From Verrucomicrobiota bacterium (lineage in GTDB: Bacteria > Verrucomicrobiota > Verrucomicrobiia > Limisphaerales > Palsa-1400), in the NCBI GenBank assembly GCA_049510745.1, contig JBEKYR010000055.1, forward strand, positions 1 to 29,982: a stretch of 29,982 bases of DNA, in the 5' to 3' direction. The notes beneath the pieces are model-generated. The model had not been told where the DNA came from. It worked only from the letters and a program-made list of their open reading frames with translations, and searched no databases. The translations under genes were made by a program, and so were the position numbers. Shown in pieces: positions 8,454-17,542 of the stretch. Within the stretch, counting starts at the first letter, position 1. Every line of letters begins with the position of its first letter.

Positions 8454-10703
8454 TTATGGTTGACAAATGAGGGCGGCGTCAAGGCGGCAGCGCGCGCCTT
8501 TGTCCAGTTTGAGGTCGGCGGTCTTGTCGCCGCAACGCACCTTGCACGGGTTGCCGGCCAGGCTCTGGATCGTGGCTGTGGCAAGCCTGCCGTTCTGCCA
8601 GGCCATATCCACCTCGAAGCCGCCGCGGGCGCGAAGCCCTTTGACCGAACCGTCGGGCCACGCGGCGGGCAGCGCCGGCAGCAGGTTTATTTCCCCCTCG
8701 TGGCTTTGCAGCAGCATCTCCGCCATGCCGGCGGTGACGCCGAAATTTCCGTCCATTTGCATCGGAGGGTGAAGGCCGAACAGATTCGGGCAGGTGTTGC
8801 GTTCGGTTAACAGCATCTGGATCATGCGATGGGCGTTCTCGCCGTCATGCAACCGCGCATAAAGCGCGGTCCGCCAGGCAAAAGACCATTCGCGCACGTC
8901 GCTTGCGGCATCGGTGCCGCGGGCGTCGAGTGAAACTTTCGCCGCCGCGGCCAGCGCGGGTGTTTTGCCGACGCTGATTTGCCGTCCGGGAAAAACTGCG
9001 AAAAGATGCGAGGTGTGGCGGTGGTGGTCGTTAGGGGTGTCCAGTTCGGGATAGCGGGGGTCCTTCTTCTCGGCCAACCATTCGAGCAATTGCCCCCAAC
9101 TGCCCACGCCGGGAGTGGCGAGCTTGTCGCGCAGGGACGCGATTTTGCCGCGGAAATCCTTGTCAAAACCAAGGATGTCGCAGGCTTCGACGTAATTATT
9201 GAACAAATCCCAGACAATTTCCTGGTTGTAACTCACCCCGTCTTCGTCGGGGCCGTGCTCGGGCGACCAGCCGTGCGGCACAACCAGCCGGCCGTCGGGC
9301 AATTCCTTCAAATGATCTTCCCAGAATTGGCAGGTTTCCTTCATGATGGGATAGGCCGTGTTGCGCAGGTATTCTTTGTCCTGGCCGAAGGCATAGTGCT
9401 CCCAGAAGTGGTTGCAATACCAGGCATTGGCCGTCTTGTCCCATTTGTAGCCCATGCCGCCCATGATGTTGTGCGAAGTGCGGATGGCGAAGCCGCGCGT
9501 GGTCACGGCGCCCTCGGGCGTCTTCAATTCCGCCGACGCGGCGGTGGCTTCCCGCCACGGCTCCAACTGGCTCTGGATGAGGTCAAACAACGGCCTGTGG
9601 CACTCGCCGAGGTTGGCCACTTCGGCCGGCCAATAATTCATCTCCACATTGATGTTGGCGTGATAATCCGAGTGCCAGGCGGGATGGTTGTTGTCATTCC
9701 AAAGCCCCTGCAAATTTGCCGGCAGGCCGCCTGGGCGCGAGCAGGAAATCAGCAGATAGCGCCCGTATTGGAAAAGAAGCTGCTCCAATCCCGGGTCAAC
9801 CGTCCGCGCGGCGTCGAGTTTGCGCTTGTCCGTCGGTTGGGCAAGTTGGGCGGGGGTGGAACGGCCGAAATCCACCGTGACGCGGTCAAAGAGTTCCTGA
9901 AAATCCTTCTGCTGGGCGTCCTTGAGAGCCGCGTAGCTTGTGCCCGCGGCGGCGTCCAGCGCCGCTGTCAACCGCCCGTGAGGGTCTTCGCCCCGGTAGT
10001 TTTTGGCATGGTCCAGGACGTAGTCCGTGCCTGCGGTGATGAGCAGCGTGAGACCGTCGCAGTCCTTGAATTCAAGGGTGCTGCCGTTGGTTTGAAGCGA
10101 GCCGCCGTCGGGCAGCACCAGGGCCTGCCATTCATATTTCATTCCGTTGGCCAGCTTGCCTGAGACGGTCAGCCGGTTGCCCGCGACCACGGTTGCAGCC
10201 TGGTGCGAGTCTTCCATCTCCACCGCGCCGGAATAGCGATGCGGCTTGTCGGCGGTGAACCGGGCCGCCAGCAAACCGGCGGGATGGCTGCAAAAAAACT
10301 CGCGCTCATATTTGACCCCGCCGGACTCGTAGGTAACGTGCGCCTGCGCTCTGCCGAGGTCGAGGTCGCGGCGGTAAGCGGCCATGTTGGTGTGTTCCGG
10401 CAAATCGACATAGACGTTGCCGAAAACCTGGTAAGATCCCATCGTGCCGTCCTCACCCGACGGGTTCAGCCCGCCCACCCAGAGGCTATCCTCGTTGATG
10501 GAGATGCGCTCTCTTTGCGTGGCGCCAAAGATCAGTCCTCCCATGCGGCCATTGCCCACCGCCAGGGCTTCGTTCATGGGTCTGCCATTGCTCGCCGGCT
10601 GCTGATACCAGAGTGTTAAGTCGGCGGCCAGGCAGGATGCGGCCGAACACAAAGCAGAGACCAGAACCGTCAAATTGCGAATTAAGCCATTTCTTGTGGG
10701 CAC
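8454..10703 (-). CDS. Glycoside hydrolase family 95 (alpha-1,2-L-fucosidase-like), secreted
   Basis: Signal peptide; [76 protein letters not shown]. Confidence 0.93.
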   Translation of the reverse strand: MPTRNGLIRNLTVLVSALCSAASCLAADLTLWYQQPASNGRPMNEALAVGNGRMGGLIFGATQRERISINEDSLWVGGLNPSGEDGTMGSYQVFGNVYVDLPEHTNMAAYRRDLDLGRAQAHVTYESGGVKYEREFFCSHPAGLLAARFTADKPHRYSGAVEMEDSHQAATVVAGNRLTVSGKLANGMKYEWQALVLPDGGSLQTNGSTLEFKDCDGLTLLITAGTDYVLDHAKNYRGEDPHGRLTAALDAAAGTSYAALKDAQQKDFQELFDRVTVDFGRSTPAQLAQPTDKRKLDAARTVDPGLEQLLFQYGRYLLISCSRPGGLPANLQGLWNDNNHPAWHSDYHANINVEMNYWPAEVANLGECHRPLFDLIQSQLEPWREATAASAELKTPEGAVTTRGFAIRTSHNIMGGMGYKWDKTANAWYCNHFWEHYAFGQDKEYLRNTAYPIMKETCQFWEDHLKELPDGRLVVPHGWSPEHGPDEDGVSYNQEIVWDLFNNYVEACDILGFDKDFRGKIASLRDKLATPGVGSWGQLLEWLAEKKDPRYPELDTPNDHHRHTSHLFAVFPGRQISVGKTPALAAAAKVSLDARGTDAASDVREWSFAWRTALYARLHDGENAHRMIQMLLTERNTCPNLFGLHPPMQMDGNFGVTAGMAEMLLQSHEGEINLLPALPAAWPDGSVKGLRARGGFEVDMAWQNGRLATATIQSLAGNPCKVRCGDKTADLKLDKGARCRLDAALICQP

Positions 10704-10902
10704 GGTTCGGATTGTATGGCCACGCGCGGCTGGAATTCAACAAAATGATGGCCTGCCCCCCAAGCCCATGAAAATCGCGGACGGAGCAATTTAAGAGGCA
10801 CAACGATCGGCGTCAGCGAATTGATAGTTTAGCACGATTGAGCGCGATTGACCCCGACTGGGGGGCCATTAACGCATTGGCACACCCTTGAGATCGGAAA
10901 AA

Positions 10903-10986
10903 GCCGTCACGCCGTCACAATCGTTGATAATCAGGGACTTAAGCCGTAACATTTGCCGTCACAAACCCTCATCCAATCCCGTCACA
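10903..10986 (+). repeat. Cluster of CCGTCAC heptamers around TTGATAATCAGGGACTTA
   Basis: CCGTCAC at 10904, 10912, 10956 and 10979; CCGTAAC at 10944. Confidence 0.75.
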
Positions 10987-11035
10987 GGCCTGGGGTCCTT
11001 CCTCTGGCGGACGGGCAGGACTGGAAAAGAGGCTG

Positions 11036-11050
11036 TTGACTTGCAGTCAA
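11036..11050. promoter_or_regulatory. Palindrome TTGACT-TGC-AGTCAA overlapping a probable -35; candidate TA operator
   Basis: Perfect 6-bp inverted repeat ending 23 bp upstream of the antitoxin ATG. Confidence 0.45.
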
Positions 11051-11073
11051 AATACGGGAATATAGGGAAAACG

Positions 11074-11310
11074 ATGTTATCACCGGCCTTCAACGAAATC
11101 GAAAGAGAGTTTGAGCGATTGTCGCCTGAGGCTCAACTCAGCCTGCTGGAACGGCTGCTGCGTCGCGTCCGGATTTCGGTGTCGGGTCGGCACGACCCGT
11201 GGGAAGCCGGATTGTCCGACATGGCTGCCGACCCGGAAGTGCGGCGGGAACTGGACTGCTGCAATGCCGAGTTCCATGCCACAGAAGCCGATGGGCTGCG
11301 GGGAGACTGA
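11074..11310 (+). CDS. Putative antitoxin (78 aa)
   Basis: Small acidic protein MLSPAFNEIE...MAADPEVRREL...EADGL; its stop overlaps the toxin start (TGATG). Confidence 0.75.
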   Translation: MLSPAFNEIEREFERLSPEAQLSLLERLLRRVRISVSGRHDPWEAGLSDMAADPEVRRELDCCNAEFHATEADGLRGD

Positions 11311-11657
11311 TGGCGGTCCAACGCGGCGAGATTTATTTGGTCACCCTGAATCCGGCGCAGGGGCGGGAGCAATCCGGGCGGCGTCCCGTTTTGGTGTTAT
11401 CCGTTGACGCCATCAATCGGCTGCCACTGGTCGTTACGGTGGTTGTTGGAACGAAAGGCGAAAATGTGACGCGCGACTACCCAACGAATGTGCGTGTTTC
11501 TCCAGCCGAAAGCGGCCTTCCGATGGAAACAGTCTTCCTTTGCTTCCAGATCCGTTCGCTCGATCCCAGCCGCTTTGGCGGCCAAGCCGCCGGAAGGCTT
11601 TCCGGGGCTGTAATGGAAAGGATCGAAAGCGCCCTGCGTCATTGTCTTGGACTTTAA
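11310..11657 (+). CDS. mazF: PemK/MazF family endoribonuclease toxin (115 aa)
   Basis: MAVQRGEIYLVTLNPAQGREQSGRRPVLVLS...SGLP...CFQIRSLDPSRF...LGL matches the PemK/MazF pattern. Confidence 0.92.
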   Translation: MAVQRGEIYLVTLNPAQGREQSGRRPVLVLSVDAINRLPLVVTVVVGTKGENVTRDYPTNVRVSPAESGLPMETVFLCFQIRSLDPSRFGGQAAGRLSGAVMERIESALRHCLGL

Positions 11658-11751
11658 AACCGAAGCAGAGATTTGGAGTCACATCCAAATACTCAACAAT
11701 TACTCGGGTTTTCGATTTACGAGCGGTTCCTGGCTTGCCAAGTTGTCCGCC

Positions 11752-12369
11752 ATGCCGGCGAGCGAGAAAATGCGGCTGTTTGTGGCGGTCTTCCCGCCGG
11801 CGCAGGTCGTCGAACGTTTGACGGACGCGATACGGCGCGTGGCCGGCGGTCTTTCGCCAAGGGCGGTGGCCTGGACCTCGCCGGAACAGATTCATTTGAC
11901 CCTGAATTTCCTGGGGAATACCGAACGCGAAACGGTGCCGGAGCTTGAAAGGGTGTTGGACGGAGTTTGCCGCACGGGGGCATCCCATGTTTTGCGGGCG
12001 CGCGGTCTGGGATGTTTTCCGAATCCGGGCCGGCCCCGGATCATTTGGGCGGGATTGGAGGATCCGCCGCGCGCTCTGGCGGCGCTGAAGGAAAAGCTGG
12101 ATGACGGTTTAACCAGGCTCGGTTATGTGCCGGAGGATAGAGCCTTCCATCCGCACCTATCACTGGGCCGTGTGAAGGAATTGCATGGAGGCGACCGCCA
12201 GCATCTGGCCCAGTCCCTGCGGGAACTGAGCGACACGGATTTCGGCCGATGGACCGTGGAAGGGGTGGACTTGATGCGAAGTGAGTTGTCGCCGAGCGGA
12301 GCGCGCTATTCCGTCGTAAAGTCGTTCTTGCTGGGCGGAGAAACTCAGGCTGGTTTCACTGCGGCGTGA
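11752..12369 (+). CDS. thpR: RNA 2',3'-cyclic phosphodiesterase (2H phosphoesterase, LigT/ThpR)
   Basis: MRLFVAV, two HxT/S motifs (HLTLNFLG, HLSLGRV), GCFP..RPRIIWAG, SELSPSGARY. Start at 11752 or 11770. Confidence 0.92.
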   Translation: MPASEKMRLFVAVFPPAQVVERLTDAIRRVAGGLSPRAVAWTSPEQIHLTLNFLGNTERETVPELERVLDGVCRTGASHVLRARGLGCFPNPGRPRIIWAGLEDPPRALAALKEKLDDGLTRLGYVPEDRAFHPHLSLGRVKELHGGDRQHLAQSLRELSDTDFGRWTVEGVDLMRSELSPSGARYSVVKSFLLGGETQAGFTAA

Positions 12370-13660
12370 TCGTGATGGTGTGGGTCACAGGCACGAAGGC
12401 GGCTTTGATGGCCGCGACCAGGGCGGCCCGTTCTTGCTCGCTGTCGGCCACGGTTTTTTCCATGTCGGCTTTCCCCTCCTTGCCGTGAAAGAGTTCCTTC
12501 ACCTGTTTTGTTTCGTAGGCCTGTTTCCTGGCCACGGCTTCATCGACCGCGGCGAAGGCGTCGGAAAACGCGTTGACTTCAAAATCGGCCGCGAGGTTGA
12601 CGCCGCGCGTGAGTTGCCCGGCGGAATAATTGCGGGAGACGGCGCCCCAGGTGATCTGATAGCTCTTTGCCTTGCCGCCTTTGACCCGCAACATCAGGCG
12701 GTTGAATTCCTGGTTAAACGGCACCAACGCCATGCCGGAACGGACGCTGTCGTCATTGTCCGCGGCGCCGGCGGCGCAAAAGGGATAGCGCGCGCTCTTG
12801 ATCGTCAACGCGCCGTCCTGAAACGACACCAATTCGTGCCCCTCGGAAACGGATGCCTTCTTCCGAGCCAGATCAACGGTAAAGGCGCCGATGTCGCCCG
12901 GAACGTCGAGCGCCTTGAGGAACGCGTAGGCCATGACCAGATGTCCGGCCCAGCGGGGGTGGACGGAGTCCTTCCCGGCCAGGGCGTAATTGGTTCCGTA
13001 CGATTGCCGGGCACGGTATTGGGCCAGGTACATGTCCCGGAAAACATCGGCGAAGCCAGTATGTTCGGCCTCGGCCAGTTCGATGTCGATATCGCGCAGC
13101 GTGCAAAGGTTGGCGTTTCTGTCTTCCGGTGTGCCCTGGACCCAGTTCCACCCCGGAGTTCCCAAGCCCATGCAACCGGGCGACCCCACCACCGTGCGCG
13201 TCCCGGCGCTTTTGAAGGCGAGAATGACGGCCATCATGTTCGACGCATACGCGTCGCCGATGGCGGGCTCATACGGCCGGTAATGGTGATCGTTCATCCC
13301 GTAACAGGTCGTGGCGACGGTCGGGTGAAAGCGGAGCACGTCGTTGGTCATGCGGTTGAGGAAGCCGGCGGCTTGCTCGCCGCTCCAGCCGAATTGCCGC
13401 GTGCTGATGTTCAACTCCGGCCACGCCACCGTCAGGTAAGTTTCCATGATGCGCGAATACCGTCTCTGTTCGGTGATGGAATCGCCGCAGATTGCCAGAC
13501 GATCGCCTGGCCGCAGAACGGGGCCTTTGGGTTGGGGCGTTTTGGGCAGGTACACCCGGGCGAAATAAGGGTCGTTCTTCGGCGTGGTGTCAGTCGAGGC
13601 CGCCAGCGCGGTCCCGCACAGGGACAAAAGAACTGCGGCGGCGAAAAATTTCAATTTCAT
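12356..13660 (-). CDS. Secreted SGNH/GDSL hydrolase family protein
   Basis: Signal peptide; GDSIT block I, GWSGE, YGMND, DSVHP catalytic DxxH. Confidence 0.9.
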   Translation of the reverse strand: MKLKFFAAAVLLSLCGTALAASTDTTPKNDPYFARVYLPKTPQPKGPVLRPGDRLAICGDSITEQRRYSRIMETYLTVAWPELNISTRQFGWSGEQAAGFLNRMTNDVLRFHPTVATTCYGMNDHHYRPYEPAIGDAYASNMMAVILAFKSAGTRTVVGSPGCMGLGTPGWNWVQGTPEDRNANLCTLRDIDIELAEAEHTGFADVFRDMYLAQYRARQSYGTNYALAGKDSVHPRWAGHLVMAYAFLKALDVPGDIGAFTVDLARKKASVSEGHELVSFQDGALTIKSARYPFCAAGAADNDDSVRSGMALVPFNQEFNRLMLRVKGGKAKSYQITWGAVSRNYSAGQLTRGVNLAADFEVNAFSDAFAAVDEAVARKQAYETKQVKELFHGKEGKADMEKTVADSEQERAALVAAIKAAFVPVTHTITITPQ

Positions 13661-13705
13661 GCCGGTTGTTTTAGAACAACGCGTTCAAAGTTCAAAGGTC
13701 AAAAT

Positions 13706-16153
13706 TTACTCTGGCTTCGCGTCGAAGCTCCTCAACACCTTCTCGGCGAACTCTCGTTGTTCCGGGGGGAGACCGTCTAAAATCGCGCGTTCCTTGCCTT
13801 CCAGCACGGCACAAACCGGCTCGAGAAAATGGAGTGCTTCCCCAAGCTCCGGCCGCGGAGTCTCGGCAAGAATGCGCCACGCGGTTGGCCAGGCATCTTT
13901 CATTATGGGTGACGTTATGCTGTTAAGGAAGCGGAGCGCGGCCGCACACGCCAATTCGTTCGGCGCAGAGTTCAAAACGCCGCCGAGTTTCGTTACGACA
14001 GCCTTCGCCCCGGCATAATCCTTGCGAAGCCATAATATGCCGTATGCAATTTTGGCGGCATGAACCACCAAATCATCCGCCAGTACTGCAAGGTCAATCA
14101 CCTTGAGAAAATCCGCCACGGCTGCTAAGCTCTTATCTTGCTGGTGGAATGTAAGCCCGCGGTTGAACGAAGCCCAGGCGAGGTTTTCCTTGGACACACC
14201 CATCATCTCAATCACGTCCGTGCAATCCGAAATCGCTCCTTGCGTGTCGTTCAGCTTTCCCTTGGCAACGCTGCGGTTGATCAACGCGAGCGCGACCAGT
14301 TCCCTGGGTGCAGCCTCCAGTTCAATCACAGTGGTACAGTCAGAAATCGCGCCCTGCACATCGCCGGACAGACCCTTGGCAACGCCACGGTTGAACAACG
14401 CGAGCGCGACCAGTTTCTTTGGTGCGTCCTCCAGTTTAATCACCGCTGTACAGTCAGAAATCGCTCCGTGATTATCGCCCAACTGTCCCTTGGCAACGCC
14501 TCGGATTCCCAACGCGAGCGCGACCAGTTTCTTTGGTGCATCCTCCAGTTTAATCACGGCTGTACAGTCAGAAATCGCTCCGTGATTACCGCCCAACTGC
14601 CACTTGGCAAAGCCGCGTTTGACTAATGCTTTGACATCCCTTGGGTGCTTGGCAATGACCTCATCCAACGACTGAATGGCGCGTTGATAATCATCATGTT
14701 CAAAAAGCCAATCTCCGAGGCCCGTGTATGCCTGCATTTCATCCAAATCAGACCTTTCTTTGCCTCCACTGGACAAGTCAGCATACGCCAGCGCAGCCTC
14801 TCGAAAGTCCGCTTTCAGCCATTGCTCAGTGCAAAGCTCGGTGGCCAGACGCTCATGCCGGGTGCCTTTGAGTGAGGCCGCAAAGTATTCAGCCGTGGTG
14901 GCGGATTCCCTGAGAACTTGCTCCGCGCCGCCCTGCCCAGGCGATGCCAGGCTGCGCAAAGTGACGAGCCTTTCCTCCTCCTCGAACCAAACGCGGAGCA
15001 CCTCGACAAACACTTCGATGCGCCGGCGGTTCTGGCCAAGGTATCGCATTTGATACCAAACGGCGAACAGCTTGTCCGGCACGGTGTAGTTCGCCGTCCG
15101 GCCTTTGCCGCCACCGAGCACTTCGACGAATTGCGCCTCTTTCAAACGCCCGAGCTGGGTGGTGATCGCGTTGAGTGGCAACCGGGTTCGCGCAACAAGG
15201 TCGGTCGGTTGGGCGGTGCCGCCTTTCTCCATCAACGCGTGGATGATCAGCCTCTGCTGCGGCGGAAGGTTTTCGATCTCGTGCTTTAGCAAAGGCGTCA
15301 GCTCGTCCACCAGCCGTCGCAGACATTGCACGATGGTCGTCATCTGCCGCTGGGTCAACAACTCGTAAAGCATGAGGATCAGCCGCGGATTACCCCCCGA
15401 GAGGAGGACGATGGCGCGGACTTTTGATTGATGGCTGGGAAGCTCCTTGAGAAATTCGTGGTTGCCATCGAACTCGGCCCGAAGCCTCAGCAGTTCGAAG
15501 ACCTCTTCCGCCGTCAGCCTCTCCAGCGGCACCTGGCCGAAATAGTTAAAGAAGGCCTCGTCGTAGCTCTTAAGCGAATCGAACAGATGCACCGCGCTGC
15601 CGATAACCATCATAAACGGATCGCTCATCAGCAGCCGCCGAAAAGTGCCCTTCATTTGGTCATCGAGGCACTCCCCCAGCAACTGATTCAGGTTCTCGAT
15701 GAAGAGAATCAGGCGCTTGCCCTGCTGGCGCGTGATTTCGCGCAAGCCGGTCAGGGCAAGTTGCAGGCTTTGTTCTTCGTTTGTTTCCGCCTCCACCTTT
15801 TCCAGCCAGCCTGGCGCCTGCGAAATGCCCTGCTTCACCAGCAACTGAAGTGTGGCGGCCATCAGGTCTCGCAACGAGGAGATGTTGAATTGTTCTTCCG
15901 GAAAAACGACCGGGATCCAGGCCGCCGTCAGCTTGGGATCCTGCCTGATGCGCAAGGCGACCATTTGAATGACGGTGGACTTGCCCGAACCGCGCGGCCC
16001 GGTGATGACAAAGCTGGAGAGGGTGCCGGAATGAATCTGCTTGCGCAGGGACGTCAACAAGTATTCCACCGTGTGCCCGCGAGCCGCGAAAGTTGCCTCC
16101 AACTCGTGATCCGGCATTTCGGCTGGCGTGTATTTGTGTGCGACAAGGCTCAT
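13706..16153 (-). CDS. STAND-like P-loop NTPase with wHTH and TPR repeats (815 aa from ATG 16153)
   Basis: Walker A GPRGSGKST, degenerate Walker B LILFIENL, GGNPR (GxP-type motif), MarR-like wHTH and 38-aa TPR-like repeats. ATGA overlap with the upstream gene's stop. Confidence 0.85.
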   Translation of the reverse strand: MSLVAHKYTPAEMPDHELEATFAARGHTVEYLLTSLRKQIHSGTLSSFVITGPRGSGKSTVIQMVALRIRQDPKLTAAWIPVVFPEEQFNISSLRDLMAATLQLLVKQGISQAPGWLEKVEAETNEEQSLQLALTGLREITRQQGKRLILFIENLNQLLGECLDDQMKGTFRRLLMSDPFMMVIGSAVHLFDSLKSYDEAFFNYFGQVPLERLTAEEVFELLRLRAEFDGNHEFLKELPSHQSKVRAIVLLSGGNPRLILMLYELLTQRQMTTIVQCLRRLVDELTPLLKHEIENLPPQQRLIIHALMEKGGTAQPTDLVARTRLPLNAITTQLGRLKEAQFVEVLGGGKGRTANYTVPDKLFAVWYQMRYLGQNRRRIEVFVEVLRVWFEEEERLVTLRSLASPGQGGAEQVLRESATTAEYFAASLKGTRHERLATELCTEQWLKADFREAALAYADLSSGGKERSDLDEMQAYTGLGDWLFEHDDYQRAIQSLDEVIAKHPRDVKALVKRGFAKWQLGGNHGAISDCTAVIKLEDAPKKLVALALGIRGVAKGQLGDNHGAISDCTAVIKLEDAPKKLVALALFNRGVAKGLSGDVQGAISDCTTVIELEAAPRELVALALINRSVAKGKLNDTQGAISDCTDVIEMMGVSKENLAWASFNRGLTFHQQDKSLAAVADFLKVIDLAVLADDLVVHAAKIAYGILWLRKDYAGAKAVVTKLGGVLNSAPNELACAAALRFLNSITSPIMKDAWPTAWRILAETPRPELGEALHFLEPVCAVLEGKERAILDGLPPEQREFAEKVLRSFDAKPE
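14130..14625 (-). repeat. Intragenic 114-bp tandem repeats (about 4 units) encoding 38-aa TPR-like motifs
   Basis: GAISDCT recurs four times at 38-aa spacing; 14396-14496 and 14510-14610 differ at only 5 of 101 nt. Confidence 0.92.
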
Positions 16154-17415
16154 GACTTCCGGGCTTGTGGAGTTTTCGCCTTCGCGCCCGGCGCCGGATA
16201 CCAGCGCCGCCACCAATCTTGCATGACCTTGAGCCGGAAGTGGAACTCGTTGGTGTCCGTATCCAGGCGCAAGTACCACTCGTATTCCAGGTCTGCCATC
16301 AGTTCATCAAACGCTTGATCGCTGGCGGCCTTGCCTCGTTCCTTGCGGTAGATGTCGAAAAGAGCGGGCCGGGAAATGCGCCCCTGGCTGGCGACCGCCC
16401 GAAGAACCGCCACGGCCGCCTTCTCCCCGGTCTTGCCGTAACGCTGCAACCGGCTGCTGTAGTGAGTGAAATAGTGACGGCAAGTGGGCCCGAGCACGCG
16501 GTCTCTGTAAATGCGCTCCACATCAGCGACCGTGAGACCAGTCCGTTGGGCCGGCGGCAACTGGGCGATCTGCGACATGAAGATGTGAATGAAGTAGGGA
16601 ACGGGCGCGCCGATCAGCTCGAACAGCCTGCCCAGAATCGCATCGTTGCAGTTGACTGAACAGGACTGAGCCAGATCGCCGGCCAGTTTGTGCGCCGTTG
16701 TACCGTCGAGCGGCTCAACGGTCAATCGCGCGAAGTCCACCAATTTATCGGCCGCCCCCAGCTTGCGGAGAATCTGGTCAATGCCGACGCTTCCCGCGAC
16801 GATAAATCTGTGGCGCCGGAGCACATCCTTTTGTTCCAGCCGGACTGATCGGAACCATGCCAAAAAATCGCGTGCGACGGATTCGCCTTGTTTTTCGATG
16901 AGGCGGTCGAGCATCGCCGGGAACTCGTCGAAGAGGAAGATGATTGTCTTGTCCGCCTTCTCCAACTCTGCCAGCATCCGTTTCGCTGCTTCGCGCCAAT
17001 CCTCCTTGATGTCCTCTTTGAATTTGATCTTCGCTCCCTCGAATTCGGCTTCGTCGAAATTCGCCTTTACCCACCCCGCAACAGCCTTGGGCAGGCGCTT
17101 TGCCTTGCTTAACAAAGACTGCACGAAGTCGTGTCTTAAAAGTTCGCGGGTGACACGCCAGACAAATTCTTCGGGTGAATCCACATCTTCCAACTCAAAC
17201 GAAAGAGGCAGAAAACCGGTTCGGGGTCGCAGCAGCACGTGCCGCATCACTCCGCTCTTGCCAAATCGCCGTGGGGCAAGCAGCAGAATATTGTTTCCCT
17301 CAATCAGCCGCCAAAGATGGTCAATGAAATCCTCGCGCCCGTAGAGTTCGTCAGGGTCGGGAATCTGTCCAACAAGGCTTCTCGTTTGTCGTGGGCCATT
17401 GATTTCGTCATTCAT
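16150..17415 (-). CDS. P-loop ATPase (archaeal-ATPase/STAND-like) with probable C-terminal wHTH
   Basis: LYGRE, Walker A APRRFGKS, Walker B IIFLFDEFP, sensor-like VAGSVG, PVPYFIHI and a C-terminal ...LKVMQDWWRRWY. Confidence 0.87.
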   Translation of the reverse strand: MNDEINGPRQTRSLVGQIPDPDELYGREDFIDHLWRLIEGNNILLLAPRRFGKSGVMRHVLLRPRTGFLPLSFELEDVDSPEEFVWRVTRELLRHDFVQSLLSKAKRLPKAVAGWVKANFDEAEFEGAKIKFKEDIKEDWREAAKRMLAELEKADKTIIFLFDEFPAMLDRLIEKQGESVARDFLAWFRSVRLEQKDVLRRHRFIVAGSVGIDQILRKLGAADKLVDFARLTVEPLDGTTAHKLAGDLAQSCSVNCNDAILGRLFELIGAPVPYFIHIFMSQIAQLPPAQRTGLTVADVERIYRDRVLGPTCRHYFTHYSSRLQRYGKTGEKAAVAVLRAVASQGRISRPALFDIYRKERGKAASDQAFDELMADLEYEWYLRLDTDTNEFHFRLKVMQDWWRRWYPAPGAKAKTPQARKS

Positions 17416-17417
17416 AA

Positions 17418-17492
17418 CAACATAAATGTTGCTCTAATTCAGTTTTAAAGCAACAAAAATGTTGTTAAATCTTTCGTATCTGCAACATGTTG
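17418..17492. promoter_or_regulatory. Three CAACA...TGTTG palindromic boxes in the AT-rich leader of the ATPase operon
   Basis: CAACATAAATGTTG (17418-17431), CAACAAAAATGTTG (17451-17464), CAACATGTTG (17483-17492). Confidence 0.65.
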
Positions 17493-17542
17493 AATATAAA
17501 TGCCTTAATAAAGGCCGCAAGGATTGCAGCGGCACGTCAAGA

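Noticed and set aside
10888..11751. Extended ORF-track starts for the antitoxin (10888), mazF (11199) and thpR (11647)
   Set aside because: Family N-termini and the TGATG coupling support 11074, 11310 and 11752/11770.
14130..14625. Diversity-generating retroelement TR/VR pair
   Set aside because: Differences are not adenine-specific, all copies are in-frame coding, and there is no reverse transcriptase in the window.
16154..16279. 42-aa N-terminal extension of the NTPase-TPR ORF
   Set aside because: It overlaps the upstream gene's coding end; ATG 16153 gives a standard ATGA coupling.
17443..17470. Chromosomal dif site (TGTTGTTAAAT resembles the XerD arm)
   Set aside because: No credible XerC arm or spacer geometry; better explained as part of the CAACA/TGTTG operator.
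13661..17542. Target-site duplication or terminal repeats bounding the NTPase pair
   Set aside because: No matching direct or inverted repeats were found by eye at the two flanks; island status rests only on composition and context.
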